From: Anaerolineae bacterium
GTDB taxonomy: Bacteria > Chloroflexota > Anaerolineae > Aggregatilineales > Phototrophicaceae
Direction: 5' to 3'
Length of the DNA stretch: 64,000 bases
Assembly: GCA_022820125.1 (NCBI GenBank)
Contig: JAJEGA010000014.1
Location: 18,567 to 82,566 of the forward strand
Shown in pieces: positions 37,277 through 47,400 of this stretch. The notes under the pieces were generated by a model. The model made no database searches and was not told the origin of the DNA. It worked only from the letters and a program-made list of their open reading frames with translations. The translations under genes and the position numbers were made by a program. Numbering within the stretch: the first letter of the stretch is position 1; the number at the start of each line of letters is the position of its first letter.

Positions 37277-38431
37277 CTAATGGGCGTAAGCGCCGTCGAG
37301 GGCTTCGAAATCGGTGAACAGAAAATGATCGTGGTAATAGTGGATCCACAAGAATGACAGGATTGCCGTGTAGTAGGCGATGTCAAAGTGGCTGTTGCCA
37401 TCAATGCCGGGTCGAACGATGGCGGCTAGCAGGTAAACCAAAACAAATATCAATGCCGAGCCAACCAGTAGCGCCGCGCTGAAGCCGTAAAGCGCGCGCG
37501 CGTCTTTCGTGCGCCGGCTGAAGCGGGCGACCAATGGCGCCTCCGCGTCTAACGCGCCCGCCATCTGCCGAATCTTTATAATGTAAAACGTGATCGCCAG
37601 GTATTGGAATGAGTGCCAGGTATTCAGCCCTTGGAACGCCGTATCCAAGTTGGGCAATAGCGGCGTGAAAAAAGCGACCAAGACCGTTAAGGCAATGAAG
37701 CTGAACTTGGGCAAATTCAAAATGCCGTGATAATACTCATAGACGCTCTTCACCACAAATGACGCCAGCGCGCAGCCAAAGATCACCGTCACCAGGATGA
37801 AAAACCAGGGATTGTCCGGCTGCTGGAAAAGATCAGGGATCGCTTCGCCCAGGTCATTCTGCCCGATTTCAAAGGCGCCTTGGCTGATTTTCCACATGGC
37901 AATCGGGAAGAGGCTGGTCAAAACGATCGCGTAATCTATCAGCCGAGAAACCGGACTCAGCGCGCTTCTGCGGACGAATTTCGCCTCTTTATGATTGTAG
38001 AGCTCGACGATGTAGGTCACTTGATGCAATACATGCAGCGACGCCCAAAAGAAGAAAAAGGTGAGCATCAAGCTAAGATTGAGAAAGGCGAGCGAAATCA
38101 CCAGGATCGGTATGATGATTGATGAGCGCACCAATGTCGGATAGCGCTCCTTGAAGCGCTCGTCCAACCCGGTGCGCAGGAAAGTCGACATCATGTGGGG
38201 ACCGCCAATGGCGACCGCGACAAAGGTATTCACCAGATTGCGGCTGATATCGTCTTCCAGCCCCAAGCGCACGCCAAGCAAGTACATCACATAAGGCAAG
38301 GGCACCACAACCACGCTGAGTGTAATAAAGAACAAGTCCCAGCGACGGTTGCGCAACCAGAAGTTGCGCTTGTCAATTTCAGCGGCATAAAGATCCGAGT
38401 TTGACAGCGGGATAGCTGTGGAAGCCATCAT
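37277..38431 (-). CDS. Polytopic membrane protein with His-rich motifs, unknown family
   Basis: 384 aa, about 9 hydrophobic segments. Motifs GGPHMMS, HVLHQ, WHSFQY and WIHYYHDH. GC content is visibly lower than in the neighbours. Confidence 0.55.
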   Translation of the reverse strand: MMASTAIPLSNSDLYAAEIDKRNFWLRNRRWDLFFITLSVVVVPLPYVMYLLGVRLGLEDDISRNLVNTFVAVAIGGPHMMSTFLRTGLDERFKERYPTLVRSSIIIPILVISLAFLNLSLMLTFFFFWASLHVLHQVTYIVELYNHKEAKFVRRSALSPVSRLIDYAIVLTSLFPIAMWKISQGAFEIGQNDLGEAIPDLFQQPDNPWFFILVTVIFGCALASFVVKSVYEYYHGILNLPKFSFIALTVLVAFFTPLLPNLDTAFQGLNTWHSFQYLAITFYIIKIRQMAGALDAEAPLVARFSRRTKDARALYGFSAALLVGSALIFVLVYLLAAIVRPGIDGNSHFDIAYYTAILSFLWIHYYHDHFLFTDFEALDGAYAH

Positions 38432-38602
38432 GAATCTCCAGCGAAATCAGCTATCCTGATTATACAAGAATTTATTTAGCAACACAAAGTAAATTTCTTA
38501 AGCATTGGGTAACTATGTGGGTGGAGCTCATCTCTTCGCAACGTCAATTTCACGACACAGACATTAGTGATACAAATTCAGAAGCACACTTCGTATACGT
38601 TT

Positions 38603-38776
38603 CTCAGTAAGTGCAATAAAGTAATGCAACATAATGAAGGAACATCGTAGGGGCGACTCTTGAGTCGCCCACATGTACAATGGCGACATAGTGGGCGAGA
38701 CAAGTCTCGCCCCTACAGATCTCGAATCAGATTAGCATCGCCCATTTTCGCATGACTTACTTGCGTTTACTTCTGT
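38603..38776. mobile_element. About 174-nt MITE-like element, second near-identical copy (core double hairpin 38647-38716)
   Basis: Roughly 94% identical to 15965-16138 in the same orientation. Confidence 0.7.
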
Positions 38777-38864
38777 ATACTCATGTTTCTCGGTGTTCTC
38801 GGTGGTTAAAGATGTTCCCGTATCAAACGTCGTTGGCGGCGCACGCTTTGCTTATACAAGTCCC

Positions 38865-39215
38865 TCACGGCAAAAAGCCAAACCATTGACAAAAACGCGT
38901 TGGATGCTCGGCGCAGCTTTCCGGCGCGTTCAAATATAAAAAAGTAAAACCGGCGCATGCGATTAAGCCGATGATGAGCAGCGTGCAGCCGCACCAGGCG
39001 ACCGGGCCTCCCTGCGCCACTTCAACCACAACTTCAATCACCCCAGCGATGACATCGAATATGCTGCTGATCGCCTGTAGCAAAAAACCAATGACAACAA
39101 GCGCGACGCAAAGCAGCGCGCAGCCAACTGCGATCCATGGCAGGTGCGCAGGATCAATGTTTTGCAGCAGCTCCATCACCCCGCTCCATTGCCCCAAAGC
39201 CGCGCCGAGCCGCAC
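38865..39215 (-). CDS. Small hypothetical membrane protein
   Basis: 116-aa ORF with two or three hydrophobic segments, 3 nt downstream of the preceding ORF. No recognisable motif. Confidence 0.4.
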   Translation of the reverse strand: MRLGAALGQWSGVMELLQNIDPAHLPWIAVGCALLCVALVVIGFLLQAISSIFDVIAGVIEVVVEVAQGGPVAWCGCTLLIIGLIACAGFTFLYLNAPESCAEHPTRFCQWFGFLP

Positions 39216-39218
39216 CGC

Positions 39219-39716
39219 TTAGCAGACATCGCCATAAGTCCGGGCGAATTCCCAGTCCGCGCCCGCGTCTTGCCGCGTGTAGCAGTCGCAAAAGCTGACA
39301 TTCTGATTGCCTCCACTGGCCTCCCAGAGCAAGAATCTCACCGCCGTTTCTACGCAGAGCGAATTATCATCCAACTGCGAGCCTGCTATCCAGGACCGCT
39401 CTATGCGCAGCCCGCGATCTTCCTCTTCGCTCACCAACGCAATCAGCAAGAGCGGATGCGCATGCGGCTGCGGCGCCTGTCGCTGCTCGAGACGAATCTC
39501 ACCCCTTGCCGCCAGGTAAAACAGCGCGCAGGGCATCATCAAAACGGCAAACCAAAACAGCAGAGCCAGCGCGCAGCCAAGCCGGCGCGCCTTGCCTCGC
39601 CTGGCGCCAGCACGCCTCGCCTCGCCCAGCGCCGGTTCATCCAGCGCAGCCCTTTCCGCCTCCGCCCGTGCTTCAGCCATTTGGCAACCAGTTGCATCGC
39701 CTGGACGATGCGTCAA
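39219..39716 (-). CDS. Hypothetical single-pass membrane protein with Cys-containing extracytoplasmic domain
   Basis: 165 aa: Arg-rich N-terminus, one TM helix, and a C-terminal domain with four Cys. Confidence 0.4.
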   Translation of the reverse strand: MTHRPGDATGCQMAEARAEAERAALDEPALGEARRAGARRGKARRLGCALALLFWFAVLMMPCALFYLAARGEIRLEQRQAPQPHAHPLLLIALVSEEEDRGLRIERSWIAGSQLDDNSLCVETAVRFLLWEASGGNQNVSFCDCYTRQDAGADWEFARTYGDVC

Positions 39717-39791
39717 CCATGATCACGATTTGCCGCGTCCGCCGGCGAATTGACGCCGCCTGCATGTCATCTCTGCGAGATGCGTAATTCA

Positions 39792-40268
39792 TCATCCGCC
39801 TGCATCGCCATGAAAGCGCAGCACGATGTTGTCAGCTTGATCATAGCTAACATGTGCCTGCGCCGGCGGCTCATCATCGTTCATCGCGAAGATTCTGGCC
39901 AGCAACTCCGGCAGATCTTCAACCAGGTCAAGCTCAAATACGCGGCCCTTCTCTATCCACTCCAGCTTGCCTTCGGGGCAATCGCCGCGCGCCTTTCTCG
40001 TTTCGCTGATCGCCGTATAGACAAAAAGCAGGATTCCCGTCGCGCCGCCCGCATCAATATTGTGAATGCCGCGCAGCCGCAGCGAATGCGGGCGCAAGCC
40101 GCTTTCTTCTTCGATCTCGCGCAAGGCGCTTGTCGCCGGGTCTTCGTCCCGCTCAACATGCCCGCCCAGCCCATTATACTTGTTGGGGAAGACCTGTCTG
40201 TCAGCCCCGCGTTTGATGAGCAGCACAGCATCGCCGTTCAGCACAAATGACAGCGTGCGAGGCATCAC
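39792..40268 (-). CDS. NUDIX hydrolase
   Basis: Nudix box GLGGHVERDEDPATSALREIEEESGL. Confidence 0.85.
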   Translation of the reverse strand: MMPRTLSFVLNGDAVLLIKRGADRQVFPNKYNGLGGHVERDEDPATSALREIEEESGLRPHSLRLRGIHNIDAGGATGILLFVYTAISETRKARGDCPEGKLEWIEKGRVFELDLVEDLPELLARIFAMNDDEPPAQAHVSYDQADNIVLRFHGDAGG

Positions 40269-40416
40269 CAGCCAGCGAGCCTCGGTCAGTTCCGCGCCTT
40301 GTTGTTTCGCCCCTATTTCAGCGCTCCTCCCCCGAGTGCGGCTCGTCGGACAATTGCCCAGCCGCCCGGTTCATGATAAGCTTTGCGCCTATACACCCAT
40401 TTTACAAGGTCTGGCG

Positions 40417-41235
40417 ATGAACCAGAATCCCCACAGCGTGGCGCCGCCAAAGCTGCGCATCGTGCGGGTTGAAGCTGTTTTGCCGCACGAAACAGGCGAC
40501 CCGCAGCGGTCGCGGCCCCTGATGGAACGCCTGAGACAAGCCGAGTACTTCACCAATCCGCCAGTCGTTGCCGACGTCGACCGAGACCGCTATGTGCTGA
40601 TGGATGGCGCCAATCGCCATCACTCTTTGAAAATGTTGGGTTTCCAGCACATCCTGGTTCAGATCGCTGACTACGAGACCGACAGCGTTGAGCTCGGCGT
40701 TTGGCAGCACATCATTGCCGATTGGGATGCCCAGCGGCTCTTGGCTTTGCTCAAAGCCATCCCCGATATTGAGCTGAGCCCGGGCTTATGCGCTGATGCC
40801 TTGGCGCAGGTGATCCTGCGTGATGGGCCCGAATATAGCGTCACAGCAAAGGTCGACAGCCTGGCGCAGCGCAATCTTACTTTAAGTCAAGTGGTCGAGT
40901 CTTACCACAGCAATGCGACGCTTTACCGGACGCCGCTGACCGATCCCGCTATGATTTGGTCCACATTTCCCAGCAGCGTCGCCTTGGTGATCTTTCCGCT
41001 CTACCAGCCGAAAGACATAATCAAAGCCGCGTTGCAAAACGCGTTTCTGCCGCCGGGTGTCAGCCGGCATATCATCCATGGCCGCGCGCTAAATCTCAAT
41101 TATTCTATGGCGCGCTTGCGGTCGGCGCTGCCGCTCGCCGCCAAGAACGATGAGCTGCAACAATGGCTGCGGGAGCGCTTCGCCGAGCGCAGCGTCCGTT
41201 ATTATGCTGAAGCCACTTACCAATTTGATGAGTGA
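40417..41235 (+). CDS. ParB/sulfiredoxin-fold (ParB-like nuclease domain) protein, function unknown
   Basis: Trimmed to the ATG at 40417. PPVVADV..RYVLMDGANRHHSL resembles the ParB/Srx DGxHR nucleotide-binding motif. Confidence 0.55.
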   Translation: MNQNPHSVAPPKLRIVRVEAVLPHETGDPQRSRPLMERLRQAEYFTNPPVVADVDRDRYVLMDGANRHHSLKMLGFQHILVQIADYETDSVELGVWQHIIADWDAQRLLALLKAIPDIELSPGLCADALAQVILRDGPEYSVTAKVDSLAQRNLTLSQVVESYHSNATLYRTPLTDPAMIWSTFPSSVALVIFPLYQPKDIIKAALQNAFLPPGVSRHIIHGRALNLNYSMARLRSALPLAAKNDELQQWLRERFAERSVRYYAEATYQFDE

Positions 41236-41241
41236 TGCGCG

Positions 41242-41679
41242 ATGAGCCAAACCGTCGACGGTGTTTTGCGGCGCGCCAGCCTGTACAGCGACGGGCGGCG
41301 CTACCGCATTCTGAAGCTGCCGCCGATTGCGGCTGCGCTTGCCGTCGGCGTCGTCGCCGAAATCGCAATGCCCTTCTGCGCGCTCATCGTGGATAAGGAC
41401 GAAGTCACGCTGATGATCCCGGACGAAGCGCGCTCGACATTCAGCAGCCGGCTGCGCGGCGCGATCGCGGGCGAACGGGCGTACCGCCTGATTACGCTTG
41501 ACGCGGCGCTGGACCCGGCCCTGGTCGGGCTCATGGCGCGGATTGCCGCGGCGCTGGCGGCAGCCGGAATACCAATTCTGACCTTTGCCGCCTATTCGCG
41601 CGATCATGTATTTGTATCAAGCGACGACTTTGAAGCCGCTTTACGCGCGCTTCAGCAGCTGCAGGACGAAAGCGCATAA
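41242..41679 (+). CDS. ACT-domain protein (CASTOR/ACT_7-like)
   Basis: 145 aa. YRILKLPP...ALIVDKDEVTLMIP and LVGLMARIAAALAAAGIPILTFAAYSRDHVFV are ACT-type ligand-binding segments. Confidence 0.55.
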   Translation: MSQTVDGVLRRASLYSDGRRYRILKLPPIAAALAVGVVAEIAMPFCALIVDKDEVTLMIPDEARSTFSSRLRGAIAGERAYRLITLDAALDPALVGLMARIAAALAAAGIPILTFAAYSRDHVFVSSDDFEAALRALQQLQDESA

Positions 41680-41681
41680 TC

Positions 41682-42044
41682 ATGGAAATCAACCTCTTCA
41701 ACGATGCCAGCCTGGTGCCACAGCCGAAGCGCAAGGTCGCCATTGAAGACTTCCGCGTCGAGCCCTATCCCGATCGCTTTCGCGTCAAGGTCAATCTCAA
41801 GCTCACGCCCTTTCAGGAGCGCCCCAACCTGACGATAACCGCGCGCCGCTCCGATGGGCTGCAGGTGAGCGATCTGGATGTCATCGCGACCATGCACTTC
41901 GATAACGAGTTTACCATGCACATTCGGGGCATCGACGACCCGAGCGGCGACTACACGCTGACGGCGGAACTCTATTATGAGACTCGCAATCCACCCCAAG
42001 ATTCGCGCCAGATCGATTTTGTGATTCTGCCCGAAGACGGCTGA
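41682..42044 (+). CDS. Hypothetical 120-aa protein (beta-rich, no recognised family)
   Basis: Starts 2 nt after the ACT gene, and its stop overlaps the next start (TGATG). Confidence 0.5.
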   Translation: MEINLFNDASLVPQPKRKVAIEDFRVEPYPDRFRVKVNLKLTPFQERPNLTITARRSDGLQVSDLDVIATMHFDNEFTMHIRGIDDPSGDYTLTAELYYETRNPPQDSRQIDFVILPEDG

Positions 42045-42592
42045 TGACGGCAATTAGGATACCCTACTCGGTCGCGCGCCAACTCGCCGACCACGCCGCA
42101 AGCCAGCAGCCGAATGAAGCCTGCGGATTGCTGGCGGGCAGGGACGAGCATATCCTGGCCGCTTATCCCTTAAAGAATATCGCGCCAGCGCCGAAGACGC
42201 GTTTTCAAATTGATCCGCGCGAGCAATTGCAGGCGCTAATAGCGATCGACGAGGCGCAGCTCAATTGGATCGGCGCTTACCACTCGCATCCGCGCAGCGC
42301 CCCGATACCCTCGCAATCGGATATTGAAGCCTGCGTCGACAGCGGGCTGCTTCAGTTGATCGTCTCTATCGCGCGCCGCAAACCGCAGCTCAAACTGTGG
42401 CGCATCAAACCAGACGCCATCGTCCCGATTGACTTAATCTATGAGACAGACGACCCGCCGGCGGATGAACCGGCGCTTTCGCCTTCGCAGCAAGCGGCTA
42501 TGTTAATCGTCGCCATCGCCGCCGTCCTGCTCCTGCTCTTCATTTCCTTCACCCTGCTGCCGCCCGCGCCCGAAATCGTGCCAGCGCCCTAA
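42044..42592 (+). CDS. JAMM/MPN+ metalloprotease with C-terminal transmembrane anchor
   Basis: NEACGLL (Glu) and the complete JAMM motif HSHPRSAPIPSQSD. C-terminal TM helix MLIVAIAAVLLLLFISFTLL. Confidence 0.8.
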   Translation: MTAIRIPYSVARQLADHAASQQPNEACGLLAGRDEHILAAYPLKNIAPAPKTRFQIDPREQLQALIAIDEAQLNWIGAYHSHPRSAPIPSQSDIEACVDSGLLQLIVSIARRKPQLKLWRIKPDAIVPIDLIYETDDPPADEPALSPSQQAAMLIVAIAAVLLLLFISFTLLPPAPEIVPAP

Positions 42593-42612
42593 GCGAATCC
42601 GGATCAGCAGTC

Positions 42613-43452
42613 GTGGATACCTTCATCATAGTGCTTCTCGGTCTCTTGGTCGGGGGCGTCGTCAACGCGCTCGCCGACGATCTGCCTGCCGGTCGGATGC
42701 CGAGTTTGCCCAGATATCCCGACGGCTGCCGACGCCCGCCCCTCGCCTGGCTGGGGATCGCCGCCTTCCTGCTCCGCTTGCGAGGAGCGCCCAACGCGGC
42801 GAACAGCCCCTCAACCGATGACCAGCGCGCGCCGCGAATCTTGTCCTGGCGCTATCCCTTGGTGGAAGTCGCCCTATCCGCGCTGATGACGCTGACCTTC
42901 GCCGTCGCTCGCGATGTCTACGTTTTGTCACTTTTGGAAATCCTGATTTGGCAGGCGATGGCGGCGATCTTTATGCTAATCGCCGTCATTGATCTGGAAC
43001 ACAGACGCATCCTGGCTGCCCCGCTTCTGGCTTGCGCGCTGCTCGCCTCGCTCCGCGCCATCGCCTTTCCGCACAATCCGCCGACCTTCGCCTCCATGCT
43101 GGCCGGCGCCCTGTTCGCCTGTTTCGTCTTCTCGTTTGTTTATCTGGGTGGTCGGCTCTTCGTCAAATTGGCGCTGAGGAATCACCCAGCGCCAGCGACC
43201 GCATTTGGACGAGGTGATGTCTACCTGATGACTGTAGGGGGGCTAATCGTCGGGTTTCCCCAGGTGCTGTCGGCAATGACTTTTACATTCCTGCTGGGCG
43301 GCATCGGCGCATTGGGCTGCGTCTTGGTGATGAGCGCCTCTGCCGGCTATCGGCGTTTCAGCGCCATTCCCTACGCGCCCTTCATCCTGGCGTCCATATA
43401 CCTGGCGACGCTGCTACGCGATGAATTGAACCGCCTGATCTTTGGGCTCTAG
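42613..43452 (+). CDS. A24-family (prepilin peptidase-like) intramembrane aspartyl peptidase
   Basis: 279 aa, polytopic. First Asp context VIDLEHRRI and second FGRGDVYLM (GxGD-like). GTG start. Confidence 0.7.
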   Translation: MDTFIIVLLGLLVGGVVNALADDLPAGRMPSLPRYPDGCRRPPLAWLGIAAFLLRLRGAPNAANSPSTDDQRAPRILSWRYPLVEVALSALMTLTFAVARDVYVLSLLEILIWQAMAAIFMLIAVIDLEHRRILAAPLLACALLASLRAIAFPHNPPTFASMLAGALFACFVFSFVYLGGRLFVKLALRNHPAPATAFGRGDVYLMTVGGLIVGFPQVLSAMTFTFLLGGIGALGCVLVMSASAGYRRFSAIPYAPFILASIYLATLLRDELNRLIFGL

Positions 43453-44553
43453 GCTTTCCTGCTCGTCATCAAACTTGGCGATCACCCCGCCACCCAGGCA
43501 AATCTCCCCCTGATAAACGACCGCCGCTTGACCTGGCGTGATGTCTCGCTGAGGCGCGTCAAATTCGACCCGCACGCGACTGCCCTCCAGTGGCTGCACC
43601 AGCGCCTTTTGCGGCTGAGCGCGATAGCGAATCTTGACCTCGGCGCGAAAGGACCCCGCCGGCAGCGCGCCGCTGACCCAGTTAAAGCGCTCCGCCACCA
43701 GCCGGTCGCGCCCAAGTTCATCTCGCTTGCCGACCACCAGCGCGTTTCTGATCGGATTCAGCGCCAAAACATAGAGCGGCTCGCTGTAGGATATGCCCAG
43801 CCCCTTGCGCTGACCAATCGTGTAATTGGACAAGCCTCGGTGTTCACCCAGCACTTCGCCGGCGCTCGTCACGATGGGTCCCGGGGTCATCAAGTCAGGC
43901 GCGTGCGCTCGCAAAAATTCGCGATAGTCGTTGTTGCCCAGGAAACACAAATCCTGGCTGTCCTTCCTGTTGGCGGCATCCAGCCCCAGCTCGCGCGCAA
44001 ATCGCCGTACTTCGGATTTGGGATAGTCACCCACCGGAAACAGCGTCCGTTTAAGCTGATCCTGCCCCATGACGCTGAGCACATAGCTCTGATCCTTGCC
44101 GGGATCCAGCCCCTTCTTCAGCAGCCAGCCGCCCTGCCGACGCCGCGCGACACGAGCATAGTGGCCCGTCGCCAGGTAGTCGGCGTCCAGCGCGAGCGCT
44201 TGGCGCAGCAGCCAATCGAATCGAATCTTCCGATTGCACTCCAGGCAAGGGTTCGGCGTATAACCGGCGCGGTGTTGATCGATGAAATACTCGACGACGA
44301 TGTCGCGAAAGACACCCTTGCTATCGAGCGCATAAAATGGAATGCCGAGCTTGTCAGCCACCGACCGCGCAATCCGCATCTGATCCGGCGTGCAGCAGCG
44401 ATTGTGCTCGGCGCCGCCAAGCGCCTCATCGGACCACAAGCGCATCATCATGCCGACGACATCATAGCCTTCGCGCGCCAGCAAAGCAGCCGCGACCGAG
44501 CTGTCGACGCCGCCGCTCATCGCGACCACGACGCGCGTTTCGCCCGCATTCAT
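43414..44553 (-). CDS. mnmA: tRNA 2-thiouridine(34) synthase
   Basis: PP-loop VAMSGGVDSS. CCTPDQ and CLECNRKIRF Cys contexts. Confidence 0.9.
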   Translation of the reverse strand: MNAGETRVVVAMSGGVDSSVAAALLAREGYDVVGMMMRLWSDEALGGAEHNRCCTPDQMRIARSVADKLGIPFYALDSKGVFRDIVVEYFIDQHRAGYTPNPCLECNRKIRFDWLLRQALALDADYLATGHYARVARRRQGGWLLKKGLDPGKDQSYVLSVMGQDQLKRTLFPVGDYPKSEVRRFARELGLDAANRKDSQDLCFLGNNDYREFLRAHAPDLMTPGPIVTSAGEVLGEHRGLSNYTIGQRKGLGISYSEPLYVLALNPIRNALVVGKRDELGRDRLVAERFNWVSGALPAGSFRAEVKIRYRAQPQKALVQPLEGSRVRVEFDAPQRDITPGQAAVVYQGEICLGGGVIAKFDDEQESLEPKDQAVQFIA

Positions 44554-45728
44554 GTGGCGAACTCTCGCTTCAATCCGCGTATCTTATCCACTGCCGCAAC
44601 CAGAACATCGAGCGCATAATCGATTTCCGCTTCGGTCGTCGCCGATCCGACCGAGAGACGCAGCCCGCATTTTGCCACATCCGGCGCGTATCCCAGCGCC
44701 AGAAGCGCGTCCGATGGTTCGGGGTTGCCAGTCTTGCAAGCCGATCCGCTGCTTGCCGCGATGCCATTCATGTCCAGATGCATCAACAGCGCGTTTGCGT
44801 CTATGCCGGGCAATACAAAGCTGGCATGCGACGGCAGACGATTCTCGGGGTGGCCCGTCAATTCGGCGCCGGCCACGCGCGACAATAAGCCATCCACCAG
44901 CTTGACCCGCAGGTGACGAAAGCGCGCCAGCCGCTCGCTCGCCTCCGCGTATGCCAGCTCCAGCGCCTTCGCCAGCCCAACGATGAATGCGGTATTGTGC
45001 GTGCCGGCGCGGCGCCCGCCTTCATGACCGCCACCCGTCATAATACTTGGAAGGTCAATGCCGTCGCGAAGGTACAATACGCCGACGCCCTTCGGGCCGT
45101 AAAACTTGTGCGCCGAAAGACTCAACATATCGACGCCAAGCGCTTCCACATCGAGCGTCAATTGCCCGCCCGCCTGAACCGCGTCGGCGTGGAACAAGAC
45201 CTCATGCTCGCGGGCAATCGCCGCCAGCAGCGCCAAGTCATTGATACTGCCCACTTCGTTGTTGGCGTATATGATGCTGGCGATAGCCGCCCCGCCCCGG
45301 CAGGCTGCCGCAAAGCGATCCGCCTTGACTCTTCCCTGCCGGTCCACCGGAACCGCGACGGTCTCGCAATCCATCAGTTCGCCTAGCTGCCTGACTGTAT
45401 TGATGACAGCGCTATGCTCCACCGGCGAGGTGATCAGACGCGCCGCTTTGCCCTGCCGACGCGCGCGCCAAGCGGCGCCGCGAATCGCCAGGTTGTCGCT
45501 CTCAGAGCCGCAGCTGGTGAATACAACTTCCGCCGGCTGGCAATTAAGGATTCGCGCCACTCGTTCGCGGGCCTCTTCAACCGCGCTCTCGCCGCGGCGC
45601 CCTTGATGATGGCTTGATGTCGAATTGCCGTAGACCTCGCCGAAGTAAGGCATCATCGCGTCCATCACGCGTGGATCCACTGGCGTTGAGGCCGAGTAAT
45701 CAAGGTAGACTTCGCGCTTGGCTTTCAT
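44550..45728 (-). CDS. Cysteine desulfurase (NifS/IscS class)
   Basis: SAHKFYGPKGVG (PLP Lys) and SSGSACKTG (catalytic Cys). The stop overlaps the mnmA start. The ATG at 45728 is preferred over the TTG at 45758. Confidence 0.9.
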   Translation of the reverse strand: MKAKREVYLDYSASTPVDPRVMDAMMPYFGEVYGNSTSSHHQGRRGESAVEEARERVARILNCQPAEVVFTSCGSESDNLAIRGAAWRARRQGKAARLITSPVEHSAVINTVRQLGELMDCETVAVPVDRQGRVKADRFAAACRGGAAIASIIYANNEVGSINDLALLAAIAREHEVLFHADAVQAGGQLTLDVEALGVDMLSLSAHKFYGPKGVGVLYLRDGIDLPSIMTGGGHEGGRRAGTHNTAFIVGLAKALELAYAEASERLARFRHLRVKLVDGLLSRVAGAELTGHPENRLPSHASFVLPGIDANALLMHLDMNGIAASSGSACKTGNPEPSDALLALGYAPDVAKCGLRLSVGSATTEAEIDYALDVLVAAVDKIRGLKREFAT

Positions 45729-45846
45729 TTTATGCTCTCGCCTTTGCCACGCCTTCAAACCAAGTTGAGCGATAGTAGTTTCAGCGCGGACGACGGTTTT
45801 CCGCTTGCCGCCCGATCAAGCTGCCCGCGCCACCCGCCCATTCTAA

Positions 45847-47316
<1,470 letters not shown>

Positions 47317-47400
47317 AGGCGCAGTTGCCATCAATGCCAGACGATGCGCCAGCTGGCTTGATAGAACAACTGTTGGTCTCACATTCTGGGGGGAACGCGC

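Noticed and set aside
40066-40416. 117-codon N-terminal extension of the ParB-like ORF
   Set aside because: The extension overlaps the divergent NUDIX gene on the other strand and is Ser/Pro/Arg-rich. The ATG at 40417 follows the intergenic region. The same reasoning was used to trim ORFs 14040, 18816, 21810, 29355, 30652, 45913, 59287, 26462-27193 and 32220-33494.
43528-44619. 363-aa plus-strand ORF opposite mnmA
   Set aside because: It is an antisense shadow ORF. mnmA has the PP-loop and conserved Cys contexts.
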